From contig CAZXAN010000005.1 of NCBI GenBank assembly GCA_964638585.1, positions 1-56,435 of the forward strand: DNA of 56,435 nt, written 5' to 3'. Shown one piece after another: positions 7,248-16,239 of this stretch (positions are counted from its first letter, which is position 1; the number at the start of each line of letters is the position of its first letter). Source of the DNA: an uncultured Candidatus Saccharibacteria bacterium (lineage in GTDB: Bacteria; Patescibacteriota; Minisyncoccia; Phycocordibacterales; Phycocordibacteraceae). Both the position numbers and the translations under genes were made by a program. The notes under the pieces are model-generated. The model saw only the letters and a program-made list of their open reading frames with translations. It had not been told where the DNA came from and made no database searches.

Positions 7248-8531
7248 ATGGAATATAAAGACAAGCATATTCATTTTGTTGGTATCGCTGGTGTAGGAAT
7301 GTCTGCGTTGGCACAGATGCTATTTCGCGAAGGCGCTCGAGTAACGGGGTCCGATAATGCGCGGTTCCCAACGCTGGATGCAGTAGAAAGGCTCGGGATA
7401 CCAGTGACTATTGGATACGCTGCAGAAAATATTCCGACGGATGCCGAACTCGTCGTCTATACCGACGCAGCACACACTGACAATGTTGAACGTGCAGAAG
7501 CCACGAGACGTGATATCCCACAGCTCTCCTACTTCGCGATGTTGGGAGAAGTATCAAAGGGGAAGCGTACTATTGCAGTCGCGGGGACACATGGTAAGAC
7601 GACGACGACTGGCATGCTCGCGCGAATATTAAATGACACGGGAGCATCGCCGAGTGCAGTGGTGGGTTCGATAGTAAAAGATTTTGGGTCTAATTACTTG
7701 TCTGGCACATCTGACATTTTTGTTGTTGAGGCGTGCGAATATCGCAATCACTTGCTTGAGCTCTCGCCAGAAGTGCTAGTTATTACAAATCTAGAATGGG
7801 ATCATACTGACTACTTCCCATCACTCGGCGCGCTCCAGGACACTTTCAGAAAAGCGATCGCGCGCGTCCCAGAGAGTGGCGTTATTGTTACCGACCCGCG
7901 CGACATAAATATCGCCCCGTTACTTGCCAGTGCCAAAGCGCGCGTTGTGGATTATACGAAAGAGCCTCCGTACACTCTCCGTCTGCCGGGAGAATTTAAT
8001 GTTATGAACGCACGCGCGGCCGCTGCGGCCGCGCGCACCGTGCTCCCCACGATTTCTGACTCTGCAATCACAGAATCTCTGTCAGCATTTCAGGGTACGT
8101 GGCGCCGGTTTGAATATAAGGGTACTACGGCCAAGGGTGCAGACGTTTACGACGATTATGCACACCACCCAACAGCGGTAAAAGAGACACTCCGCGCGCT
8201 TAGAGCGAAGACGAATGGCAAGATATTTGTAGCGTTTCACCCGCATCTATACAGCCGTACGCGCGACCTGCTGAACGAATTCGCCACAGCCTTCGGCGAT
8301 GCAGATCGCGTACTAATCGCGCCCATTTATGCGGCACGCGAGGTGGACGACGGCTCTATATCAAGCAAGGTTCTCGCCGAGTGTATTAGGACAACCGGCA
8401 CCGACGCGGTCGCACTGGATTCATTTGACGCAATAGAAGCAGAGCTACTTAAAGCTGGCGAAGGCGACACGATCATGACCATGGGCGCGGGCGACATCTA
8501 CAAAGTCGCCGACAAGCTGGTACTCAAATAA
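7248..8531 (+). CDS. murC: UDP-N-acetylmuramate--L-alanine ligase
   Basis: HFVGIAGVGMSALA N-terminus, P-loop GTHGKTTTT, Mur-ligase C-terminal domain. Confidence 0.9.
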   Translation: MEYKDKHIHFVGIAGVGMSALAQMLFREGARVTGSDNARFPTLDAVERLGIPVTIGYAAENIPTDAELVVYTDAAHTDNVERAEATRRDIPQLSYFAMLGEVSKGKRTIAVAGTHGKTTTTGMLARILNDTGASPSAVVGSIVKDFGSNYLSGTSDIFVVEACEYRNHLLELSPEVLVITNLEWDHTDYFPSLGALQDTFRKAIARVPESGVIVTDPRDINIAPLLASAKARVVDYTKEPPYTLRLPGEFNVMNARAAAAAARTVLPTISDSAITESLSAFQGTWRRFEYKGTTAKGADVYDDYAHHPTAVKETLRALRAKTNGKIFVAFHPHLYSRTRDLLNEFATAFGDADRVLIAPIYAAREVDDGSISSKVLAECIRTTGTDAVALDSFDAIEAELLKAGEGDTIMTMGAGDIYKVADKLVLK

Positions 8532-8557
8532 ATCCAGCACTAACGGTAGTGCTGGAT
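8532..8557. terminator. Stem-loop between convergent murC and the minus-strand ORF
   Basis: ATCCAGCAC-8 nt-GTGCTGGAT. It is followed by an A-run on the + strand and by TTATTTG on the - strand, so it fits the minus-strand gene better. Confidence 0.4.
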
Positions 8558-8608
8558 AAAAAACGACTCCACCGAAGCAGGGTCTATTGTTGTAATTGCA
8601 CGATGATG

Positions 8609-9043
8609 TCATAAAACACGAAGGCGTCTGACCAGAATCAAATTTTCGCCACGAGTACTCTGACATTTTTTTCTTCGGGCGGTTAGAGTGTTCATTGCCC
8701 ACAAAAAACGAAGTCCTGCAGACCATGCTCTGTCGACAAAAAGCTGTTCGCAGTCCTCGCTCGCAAATTGCACGCACATTGCGATTTGGTTGACGGAGAT
8801 CTTTCGTGCTAAGAACACGCGAATTATCTCGTCAACGATGTTAACATCGTCGTCATGCGCCAATGCCATTTCGCCATTGGCCGTGGCAACAATGATTGGA
8901 TTCCCATCGAGGCTCATCGCGTATGCGCATCCGGGCTTGACGAATACGTATTTTGAATCCATGTATTGCAATTGCTTGTCGCTCGGACCGAGGGTTCTAA
9001 GGCTTATTACCGCCGTTCCGATCGGCATAGTGTATGTTTGCAT
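8609..9043 (-). CDS. Hypothetical protein
   Basis: 144-aa ORF with an SD-like GAAGGGG 6 nt upstream of the ATG. The first ~105 aa look protein-like and the C-terminal 35 aa are basic and low-complexity. The overlapping + strand ORF (8688-9110) looks non-coding (Ser/Cys-rich). Confidence 0.45.
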   Translation of the reverse strand: MQTYTMPIGTAVISLRTLGPSDKQLQYMDSKYVFVKPGCAYAMSLDGNPIIVATANGEMALAHDDDVNIVDEIIRVFLARKISVNQIAMCVQFASEDCEQLFVDRAWSAGLRFLWAMNTLTARRKKCQSTRGENLILVRRLRVL

Positions 9044-9102
9044 TTGTCACCCCTTCAAAGGTTACGGGTTTGTACTAGAATCCGAATACAATCATATCGC
9101 AT

Positions 9103-9111
9103 TGCTATAAT
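9103..9111 (+). promoter_or_regulatory. Extended -10 promoter (TGcTATAAT) for rsmI
   Basis: TG at 9103-9104, TATAAT at 9106-9111, 25 nt upstream of ATG 9137. Confidence 0.5.
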
Positions 9112-9136
9112 ATGTCAACTGGAGTAGTGTGGACAA

Positions 9137-9826
9137 ATGGGAAAGTTATCAATAGTTGCGACGCCAATAGGGAACTTGGAGGACATTACGTTTCGTGCTC
9201 TGCGGACGCTGAAGGAGTGTGGCGTTATTTATGCCGAGGATACGCGCGTGATTTCAAAACTCCTAGCGCGATATGAAATAAAAAAGCCACTCCAGCGGCT
9301 GGATGCGGCTACTGAAACAAAGAAAGCGGAAGAGATAATTGCGAGACTTGAAGCCGGCGAGCATGTCGCGTTCGTTTCTGATGCTGGTACGCCCGGCATC
9401 TCTGATCCCGGACAGCGGCTCATAGCCGCTGTCCGGTCCCGCGAAGCCTCTGGCGAAGTGGGACGAAATATTAAGATAGAAGCAATCCCCGGAGCTTCGG
9501 CACTCACGGCCGCGCTCTCTATTGCAGGAATTGATTCAAGTGAGTTTACTTTTCTCGGTTTCTTGCCACACAAAAAAGGTCGCCAGACTGCGTTAAAGAA
9601 ATTAGCGGCAAGTGAAATCCCTGTGGTGCTCTACGAATCGCCGCACAGAATACTAAAACTACTAAAAGAATTGGAAGCTATTGCTGTAGCAAGGGTTACC
9701 CTTGCTCGCGAGCTGACCAAGATTCACGAAGAAGTTATTTCTGGCACGCCGAGCGAATTGCTCGCGCACTTCGCTCTCCACTCCGACACTGTTCGTGGCG
9801 AGTTTGTTGTTATAGTGACGCCCTGA
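9137..9826 (+). CDS. rsmI: 16S rRNA (cytidine1402-2'-O)-methyltransferase
   Basis: LSIVATPIGNLEDITFRALRTL...YAEDTR N-terminus and the tetrapyrrole-methylase fold length are typical of RsmI. Confidence 0.85.
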   Translation: MGKLSIVATPIGNLEDITFRALRTLKECGVIYAEDTRVISKLLARYEIKKPLQRLDAATETKKAEEIIARLEAGEHVAFVSDAGTPGISDPGQRLIAAVRSREASGEVGRNIKIEAIPGASALTAALSIAGIDSSEFTFLGFLPHKKGRQTALKKLAASEIPVVLYESPHRILKLLKELEAIAVARVTLARELTKIHEEVISGTPSELLAHFALHSDTVRGEFVVIVTP

Positions 9827-9832
9827 TATAAT
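9824..9832 (+). promoter_or_regulatory. Extended -10 (TGaTATAAT), 6 nt upstream of ATG 9839
   Basis: Exact TGnTATAAT with no SD. Leaderless-type spacing. Confidence 0.45.
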
Positions 9833-9838
9833 CGCACT

Positions 9839-10009
9839 ATGTCCCGTCCAAGCATACTTATTGTTCTCGGTTTGCTAATTGTTCTCACTCCGTTTTCGGG
9901 CTTGCCTGTATCCATGCGCACTATCCTAGCGGTTATATTCGGCGTATGCGTATTTGGCATAGCCCTCTCTCTGCGTATTAGTAAAGAACCAATCAAGGAA
10001 GTGTCTTAG
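9839..10009 (+). CDS. Small membrane protein (56 aa, two predicted TM helices)
   Basis: ORF below the track cutoff: MSRPSILIVLGLLIVLTPFSGLPVSMRTILAVIFGVCVFGIALSLRISKEPIKEVS. It fills the rsmI-ATPase gap. Confidence 0.5.
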   Translation: MSRPSILIVLGLLIVLTPFSGLPVSMRTILAVIFGVCVFGIALSLRISKEPIKEVS

Positions 10010-10011
10010 AG

Positions 10012-10020
10012 TGGTATTAT
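10012..10020 (+). promoter_or_regulatory. Extended -10-like TGgTATTAT, 6 nt upstream of ATG 10027
   Basis: Seen directly in the sequence, with no SD. Confidence 0.4.
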
Positions 10021-10026
10021 TTAAGA

Positions 10027-11760
10027 ATGGAGAATCCAGAACGCGTAACGTATTTCGCGGCGACTGACGCGAGGGGGAAGTATGTGCCGTTTGGAATAAA
10101 GTCTAAGGACCGCGACCGTCACATGTACGTGATCGGGAAGACTGGCATGGGTAAGTCCACTCTGCTAGAGAACATGGCGATTCAGGACATTAGGAACGGT
10201 GAGGGGCTCGTCTTCATTGACCCGCACGGCGGTACGGTAGAACGGCTTCTTGATTACATACCAGAGGACAGAGTAAAAGATGTCGTCTATTTCGCGCCAT
10301 TTGACATGGATCATCCGATCGCCTTTAACGTGATGGAGGATGTCGGTTACGACAAGCGTCACCTAGTCGTCTCCGGTCTAATGGCGACGTTTAAAAAGAT
10401 CTGGGAGGACGCGTGGAGTGCGCGTATGGAGTACATTCTCACAAACACATTGCTCGCGTTGCTTGAATATCCTGGTGCGACGCTTCTCGGGGTGAACCGC
10501 ATGTATACAGATAAAGATTATAGGAATAAGGTTGTTGATAATGTTAAAGATCCTGTAGTAAAAGACTTTTGGACCAAGGAGTTTGCGAACTATGGCGACC
10601 GGTACACACAAGAAGCGACACCGGCTATTCAGAATAAAGTCGGCCAGTTTACGGGAAACCCGCTTATCAGGAATATTATCGGCCAGGAGAAGTCCTCTTT
10701 TGATATACGAGAGATGATGGATCAGAAAAAGATTCTCATCATCAACCTCTCCAAGGGTCTTGTCGGCGAGACGAACATGCGGCTCCTGGGCTCTATGCTC
10801 ACCACGCGCATCTTCCTAGCCGCCATGAGTCGCGCGAACCTCTCTGGACCAGATTTGGCGAAGCTACCGCACTTCTACTTCTACGTTGACGAATTTCAGA
10901 ACTTCGCGAACCAGACGTTTGCAGAGATTCTTTCAGAATCAAGAAAATACAAATTAAATCTTGTCATTGCACACCAATATATAGAACAGATGGAAGAGGA
11001 GGTGCGAGATGCAGTCTTCGGCAACGTCGGTACGACCGTCGTTTTCCGCGTTGGGCCGTTTGATGCTGAAGTGTTGGAGACTATCTTTATGCCGAAGTTT
11101 ACAAAAGAAGATGTAGTTACACTAGATAAGAGACAGATTTACATGACTCTTATGATAGACGGCGTCGGCTCCGAGCCCTTCTCAGCTGTCACCATTCCAC
11201 CTATTGAAGCGCCACCGGTATCGCACAGAGAACAGGTTATCGCAGAGTCTCGCAAGCAGTTTACAACGCCACGCGCCGGCATAGAGAACAAGATTGTTGA
11301 AGAGCTCTCCGCGAGCGCGGCGTCTGAAGCGCCAGCGGACGCGAGAATGAAGAAGAAACCGGTAAAACGCACCGTTCCGGCACAGCCGATGGATATTAAG
11401 AAGATGTATCCGGCTGGACCAGTATCGCAAATGCCTACACCTACACCTACACCTGTACCAGTGACAGCACCAACACCAACTCCTGTTCGCCGTGTAGAGC
11501 CGGTAAAACAATTTGTACCGCGCCCGAACGTGCCGACCAAGAGCGCAGAAGATCTTAAGGCAATTCTGCGCAGTATGACTGCAAAGAATGGTGAAGAAAA
11601 AGAGAACAAGCAAATAAAACAACAACAGTCACTTAAGGGCGCACTGGCAGACGTGCTTGAAAAAAGTAAGCAGAAAGCAGTAGGCAGTACGCAGGAAATG
11701 CGAAGACCATTTGAGATATCAGAGGACAAGTTGCGAGAGGTGCTAAAAGGCGAGATATAA
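10027..11760 (+). CDS. VirD4/TraD/HerA-like P-loop NTPase (type IV coupling-protein-like), soluble, with a disordered Pro/Thr/Lys-rich tail
   Basis: Walker A GKTGMGKST, Walker B FYFYVDEFQNF, no N-terminal TM helices. The C-terminal ~170 aa are low-complexity (PTPTPTPVPVTAPTPTPV). Confidence 0.7.
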   Translation: MENPERVTYFAATDARGKYVPFGIKSKDRDRHMYVIGKTGMGKSTLLENMAIQDIRNGEGLVFIDPHGGTVERLLDYIPEDRVKDVVYFAPFDMDHPIAFNVMEDVGYDKRHLVVSGLMATFKKIWEDAWSARMEYILTNTLLALLEYPGATLLGVNRMYTDKDYRNKVVDNVKDPVVKDFWTKEFANYGDRYTQEATPAIQNKVGQFTGNPLIRNIIGQEKSSFDIREMMDQKKILIINLSKGLVGETNMRLLGSMLTTRIFLAAMSRANLSGPDLAKLPHFYFYVDEFQNFANQTFAEILSESRKYKLNLVIAHQYIEQMEEEVRDAVFGNVGTTVVFRVGPFDAEVLETIFMPKFTKEDVVTLDKRQIYMTLMIDGVGSEPFSAVTIPPIEAPPVSHREQVIAESRKQFTTPRAGIENKIVEELSASAASEAPADARMKKKPVKRTVPAQPMDIKKMYPAGPVSQMPTPTPTPVPVTAPTPTPVRRVEPVKQFVPRPNVPTKSAEDLKAILRSMTAKNGEEKENKQIKQQQSLKGALADVLEKSKQKAVGSTQEMRRPFEISEDKLREVLKGEI

Positions 11761-11761
11761 T
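11756..11761 (+). promoter_or_regulatory. TATAAT, 7 nt upstream of ATG 11769
   Basis: The exact hexamer spans the stop codon of the upstream gene. No SD. Confidence 0.4.
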
Positions 11762-11768
11762 ACTAAGC

Positions 11769-12962
11769 ATGCGTCTAGCTAGTTTGTTTGTGCTAGCAAT
11801 TCTCTTACCCGTAGTCGTCTTGCTTCCCTTCGGAAGTCCTGCGGCAGGAGCTGCTCTGATAAATATAAATACTGCAAACACGACTCTCTTAGATACACTG
11901 CCTGGCATTGGGCCATCAAAGGCTACTGCAATAGTTGAGTATCGTAATGCACATGGTCCGTTCGCAACAATTGCAGACATTCAGAACGTGAGCGGTATTG
12001 GCCCGAGTACTTATGCCGACATCGCTCCACTTATCACGGTTGGCGACCCGACACCACCACCTGCCACTCCAAGCACCGAGGCATCAACTACTCCCGTCAC
12101 GTCAACGAGCACAACTGCAACAGTGATTTCTAGTACCGTCGGCGGGCCGACAGAGTATTTGCCGATACCCAAGTTACGTATTGTCTCGGCAGGTGACAGG
12201 ACAGTTTCTGCTGGCGCAGACACCACATTTAGCGCAGTGGTCTATGACAGCAAGGGCAACAAACGCAGTGACGCGTTAATCACGTGGTCATTTGGAGACG
12301 GGATGAGGAGAGTCGGCGCGAGCGTCTTGCACGTGTACTACGAACCTGGAGAATATCTAGCTGTGATCCGAGCGACAACTCCAGACGGCGGAGATGTGTC
12401 AGAAGAAATGGTTGTTACGGTTAAAGATGCCAAAATCAAAATTGCTTCAATTTCTCCAAGTGGTATCAACCTCATGAACAACAGTTCTATTGTCGCCAAC
12501 TTATCATTCTGGCGACTTAAGATGGGCGGACAAGAATTTAAGATACCTGAGGACACTCAAATTCTCCCTGGGCATATCGTCCTTTTCCATTCAAGAGTGA
12601 TTCAATTGCCACTCTCTGATTCTGCATCCCTCCTTTATCCAAATGGCGACATAGCAGACACGTATCCAGCGATCGCTACGATAACTGTCGTGCAACCTCT
12701 TATCTCTTCTGGCAGTTATGAGAAGGTACAGGCGGTCACACCGCCGACAGTGAAGTCAGAAAAAACAATTACTAGAACGAATGTTCAAAAAAATGATGAA
12801 GCAGTAATTGCCCCCACAGATGCGACAAAGCTCGCCGCTGTGGGGGCCACATTGCCTGTAGCATCAGATTCTCCCAAAACAGGCGGTATTTTAAAGTCCC
12901 CATGGACTCTTGGTCTGTTGGGCGTCATAGTTCTCGCTGGCGCAGCATTTATACTCATCTAA
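11769..12962 (+). CDS. Secreted ComEA-like (helix-hairpin-helix) DNA-binding protein with PKD and lamin-tail-like domains and a C-terminal anchor
   Basis: Signal peptide; ININTANTTLLDTLPGIGPSKATAIVEYR...VSGIGPSTYADI (ComEA HhH); Thr/Pro linker; WSFGDG...PGEY (PKD); WRLKMGGQEFKIPEDTQILPGHIVLF (LTD-like); SPKTG followed by a hydrophobic helix at the C-terminus. Confidence 0.75.
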   Translation: MRLASLFVLAILLPVVVLLPFGSPAAGAALININTANTTLLDTLPGIGPSKATAIVEYRNAHGPFATIADIQNVSGIGPSTYADIAPLITVGDPTPPPATPSTEASTTPVTSTSTTATVISSTVGGPTEYLPIPKLRIVSAGDRTVSAGADTTFSAVVYDSKGNKRSDALITWSFGDGMRRVGASVLHVYYEPGEYLAVIRATTPDGGDVSEEMVVTVKDAKIKIASISPSGINLMNNSSIVANLSFWRLKMGGQEFKIPEDTQILPGHIVLFHSRVIQLPLSDSASLLYPNGDIADTYPAIATITVVQPLISSGSYEKVQAVTPPTVKSEKTITRTNVQKNDEAVIAPTDATKLAAVGATLPVASDSPKTGGILKSPWTLGLLGVIVLAGAAFILI

Positions 12963-14087
12963 ATGAAAAGAATTTTAATATTTTCACTCGCATACTATCC
13001 GCATGTAGGTGGTGCTGAAGTTGCGCTCAAGGAAATCACTGACAGAATTTCAGACATTGAGTTTCACCTCATTACACTGAATTTCGGCGGCGGAAAAAAA
13101 GAAGAAAAAATAGGAAACGTATTTGTGCACAGGATAGGGAACAATGCGTCATATCTTTCTAAAATCTTGTTTGTTCCGCGCGTCGCTCTGGCGACGCGCG
13201 CTCTTCATCGCGTTTACAAGTTTGATGCGTTTTGGCCAATGATGAGTTATATGCTGTTCCCAATCGTTATTTTGCGCTGGTTTAGTATACGCGTACCGTA
13301 TCTGCTAACGCTTCAAGAAGGCGACCCGTTTTCTCATATGTTTAGCCGATGGTTTATTCTCCCGTTTCGACCACTTCTCTATATTGGTTTTAAAAACGCA
13401 TCTGCAGTACAAGCGATCTCAAACTATCTTGCCGAGTGGGCTAAGAAAATGGGATATCAAGGCGAGGTCTTGCTTATCCCAAATGGCGTTGATATAGCGC
13501 GTTTTAGTAGTGTGCAACATCAGGTGTTGCGCACTGGCGCGATGCTGGTGACGACATCAAGGCTTGTGCATAAAAATGCAGTTGACGATGTGATTCGCGC
13601 ACTCAAGCTTATCCCTGACAATGTGCAGTTTAGAATTTACGGAAGTGGTCCTGACGAAAAGAAATTGAAAAATCTTGCACGAGAACTTGGTGTTGAATCG
13701 CGAGTAATATTTATGGGGCATATTGATTATACTGAATTGCCACGCGCGTTAAATGAAGCCGTCATCTTCGTCCGTCCTTCGCGTTCTGAAGGTATGGGGA
13801 ATTCTTTTATTGAAGCGATGGCCACTGGATTACCTGTCATAGCGACACAAGAGGGCGGTATCGCCGACTTCTTATTTGATGCAAGACGTAATCCAGACAA
13901 AGAGACGACCGGCTGGGCGGTGAATCGTGACTCTCCAGAGCAAATTGCAAACGCAGTCAAAGAGATTTTGGATAATCCCACACAGGTCGCGCGTGTCACA
14001 GCAACTGCAAAAAAACTCGTGTCAGAGAAATATAACTGGGATCTAATCGCCTCAAGAATGCGTGCGCTCCTAAACAGCATAATTTAG
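12963..14087 (+). CDS. Glycosyltransferase family 4
   Basis: ILIFSLAYYPHVGGAE N-terminus and the C-terminal EGMGNSFIEAMATGLPVIAT (E-x7-E region). Confidence 0.85.
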   Translation: MKRILIFSLAYYPHVGGAEVALKEITDRISDIEFHLITLNFGGGKKEEKIGNVFVHRIGNNASYLSKILFVPRVALATRALHRVYKFDAFWPMMSYMLFPIVILRWFSIRVPYLLTLQEGDPFSHMFSRWFILPFRPLLYIGFKNASAVQAISNYLAEWAKKMGYQGEVLLIPNGVDIARFSSVQHQVLRTGAMLVTTSRLVHKNAVDDVIRALKLIPDNVQFRIYGSGPDEKKLKNLARELGVESRVIFMGHIDYTELPRALNEAVIFVRPSRSEGMGNSFIEAMATGLPVIATQEGGIADFLFDARRNPDKETTGWAVNRDSPEQIANAVKEILDNPTQVARVTATAKKLVSEKYNWDLIASRMRALLNSII

Positions 14088-14111
14088 TGTGCAGTGGTAT
14101 CATTACTGCAT

Positions 14112-15077
14112 ATGAACAACAATCAATCACCAGAGAGGGGATTTTTGCCATGGCATTTGTCTTGGCTGACAGTGATTCTCGGAATTATTACGATAGGCAC
14201 ATTCCTAGCGATATCAGGACCTGGTGTGCAATACGCCTATCCGATGATGGGAGGCGGAACAGTTGGTTACGAAAAAAATACAGTCTCTGCACCATCAGCA
14301 CCAAGCGTACAGGATGTCTCTGTCACAGGGATGATGCGACCGGATTATTATCCGTATCCATACCCAGGTACTGATGTGCCGGTTACGGACACACGCGAAT
14401 TCTTAAAGATTTATTACAACGCATCTATGCAGACGCGTGACGTGCCAGCTCTCACTCGCAGAGTAGAGACTACCGTGCGCGGACATGATGGGCGCATAGA
14501 CAACCAATCAAGCGCAGAAAAGTACGGTTATGTGAGCTTCGTGATCCCACAGACCAATTACGAGGCATTCCGCGATGAGCTTGAGAGCCTCGTGAACAAC
14601 CGTTTTATTAAGGTAAACATCTCATCTCAAAATCTCTTGTCGCAGAAGGTGAGCATAGAAGAACAGCAGAAGCAGGCAGACACGACACTCGCGGGCTACA
14701 AGTCTGCACGCCAGAAGCTCGTCACTGCTCACTCGAATGTCGTGAATATTCTCAAAGGTAAGATTGACGCTCCTGGAGTTACTGCAAATGAGATAGCATT
14801 GTACCAACAACAGTTATTGAACGAGGATGCTTCATATGCGAAACAGCTGAGCAACGCAGATGCGAACATCAAATATGCGCAAGACTGGGTTAAGGGTGTG
14901 CAAACACAAGATGCAAAACTACTTGCGAATGTAGCGACAGTGACAGGATCTGTCTCTATCGCGTGGATAAGCCTCTGGGACATTGCACGGCTCTACCTAC
15001 CAGGATATTGGATCCCAGCAATCTTCGCGGTGCTCACCGCTATCTCATACAAGCGCGACCGCCGCCGTAACTTCTAG
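14112..15077 (+). CDS. DUF4349-like membrane protein
   Basis: N-terminal TM helix, YVSFVIPQTNYEAFRDELESL core, coiled-coil segment, C-terminal TM helix and basic tail. Start at ATG 14112 is preferred over GTG 14094. Confidence 0.6.
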   Translation: MNNNQSPERGFLPWHLSWLTVILGIITIGTFLAISGPGVQYAYPMMGGGTVGYEKNTVSAPSAPSVQDVSVTGMMRPDYYPYPYPGTDVPVTDTREFLKIYYNASMQTRDVPALTRRVETTVRGHDGRIDNQSSAEKYGYVSFVIPQTNYEAFRDELESLVNNRFIKVNISSQNLLSQKVSIEEQQKQADTTLAGYKSARQKLVTAHSNVVNILKGKIDAPGVTANEIALYQQQLLNEDASYAKQLSNADANIKYAQDWVKGVQTQDAKLLANVATVTGSVSIAWISLWDIARLYLPGYWIPAIFAVLTAISYKRDRRRNF

Positions 15078-15101
15078 ATAGTTGTTAGGGTTTAAATAGG
15101 C

Positions 15102-15410
15102 ATGAGCAAAAATCCAATTGTGAATGCACTCGGTGCGGCTGGCTACATCAGCCTTCTCGTGCTGATCTTTTCACAACTGCAGAAAGTTAGCGACAACGAG
15201 CTCGGGCTTATGGCGCCTATGCTAGCCCTCTCGGTCTTCGTCACATCTGCCGCCATAATGGGCTACCTATTCCTATATCAACCAGGTCTACTTATCTTAG
15301 AAGGACAGAAGGCCGAAGGGGCGAAGCTATTCCTCTTCACCGTCCTTTCTTTCATTTGTATAACAATAGTTATAATCTTGGCGTGGCTTTTACTGAATAT
15401 GCTATTTTGA
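15102..15410 (+). CDS. Small integral membrane protein (three predicted TM helices)
   Basis: 102-aa hydrophobic ORF with no family recognised. Confidence 0.6.
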   Translation: MSKNPIVNALGAAGYISLLVLIFSQLQKVSDNELGLMAPMLALSVFVTSAAIMGYLFLYQPGLLILEGQKAEGAKLFLFTVLSFICITIVIILAWLLLNMLF

Positions 15411-15435
15411 ATGGGTGCTATTCTAGCCTCATAAG

Positions 15436-16161
15436 ATGAAAATCCTTTTTCTTGATACCGAGACTACGGGGAATAGTGATAAAGACCGCCTGTGTCAGCT
15501 GGCGGTGAAAGAGCGGTTCGTAGACGAACCGCTTGTGAACGCGCTCTACAAACCACCTGTAGCAATCTCAATAGAGTCAATGGCGATACACCACATAACC
15601 GAGAGGATGGTGGCCGGCAAGCCGGCGTTTAATGATGCTCCAGAGTACGAAGGACTTAAGGACCTTTTAGAGAGCGATGAGACTATTGTCGTCGCGCATA
15701 ACGCCGCATTTGACCTAGGGATGCTCGTACGCGAGGGCATAGTTCCACATCAGGCTATCTGCACCTATAAGCTCGCCTATGCACTAGACCCCAACGACTC
15801 ATTGCCTAATTATCGGCTCCAATATCTGCGCTACTTACTAGACCTCGACGTAGAGGCCGAGGCGCATGACGCTCTGGGCGACGTGTTGGTGCTTGAAGCA
15901 CTCTTTGAACGCCTCGCCGAGAAGATGAAGGAGCGACATGGGACAGAAGAGTCTGCGCTAGAGGCTATGCTAAATATTTCAGCAAAGCCACTACTCTTCA
16001 CCACTATCCGTTTCGGCAAATACTCTGGCAAACGGTTAGAAGATATCGTTAAGACAGATCGCAGTTATCTTGAATGGTTGCTTAAACAGAAAGAGGAGAA
16101 TCCAGCGACGGAAGCGGATTGGATATATACGCTGAAGCATTACTTGAGTACGCCATATTAA
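15436..16161 (+). CDS. DEDDh 3'-5' exonuclease (DnaQ/ExoX-like) with an ExoX-type C-terminal domain
   Basis: Exo I FLDTETTG, Exo II VAHNAAFDLGML, Exo III HDALGDVLVL. The C-terminal FGKYSGKRLEDI...SYLEWLL is DUF3820-like. Confidence 0.8.
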   Translation: MKILFLDTETTGNSDKDRLCQLAVKERFVDEPLVNALYKPPVAISIESMAIHHITERMVAGKPAFNDAPEYEGLKDLLESDETIVVAHNAAFDLGMLVREGIVPHQAICTYKLAYALDPNDSLPNYRLQYLRYLLDLDVEAEAHDALGDVLVLEALFERLAEKMKERHGTEESALEAMLNISAKPLLFTTIRFGKYSGKRLEDIVKTDRSYLEWLLKQKEENPATEADWIYTLKHYLSTPY

Positions 16162-16239
16162 TAGGCTAAGTGGTACACTTTTACACATGAATCAATACGA
16201 TATCGTAACTTTTCCATTTTGTTGCCAGTTGGTGTAAAG

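Noticed and set aside
8688-9110. 140-aa plus-strand ORF between murC and rsmI
   Set aside because: Its composition is Ser/Cys/Thr-rich and low-complexity, with no start signal. The minus-strand ORF 8609-9043, which has an SD-like motif, is the better candidate. Even that call is only moderate.
14087-14374. 95-aa ORF in an alternative frame at the start of the DUF4349-like gene
   Set aside because: It overlaps the longer same-strand ORF, which has recognisable domain features. It has no independent support.
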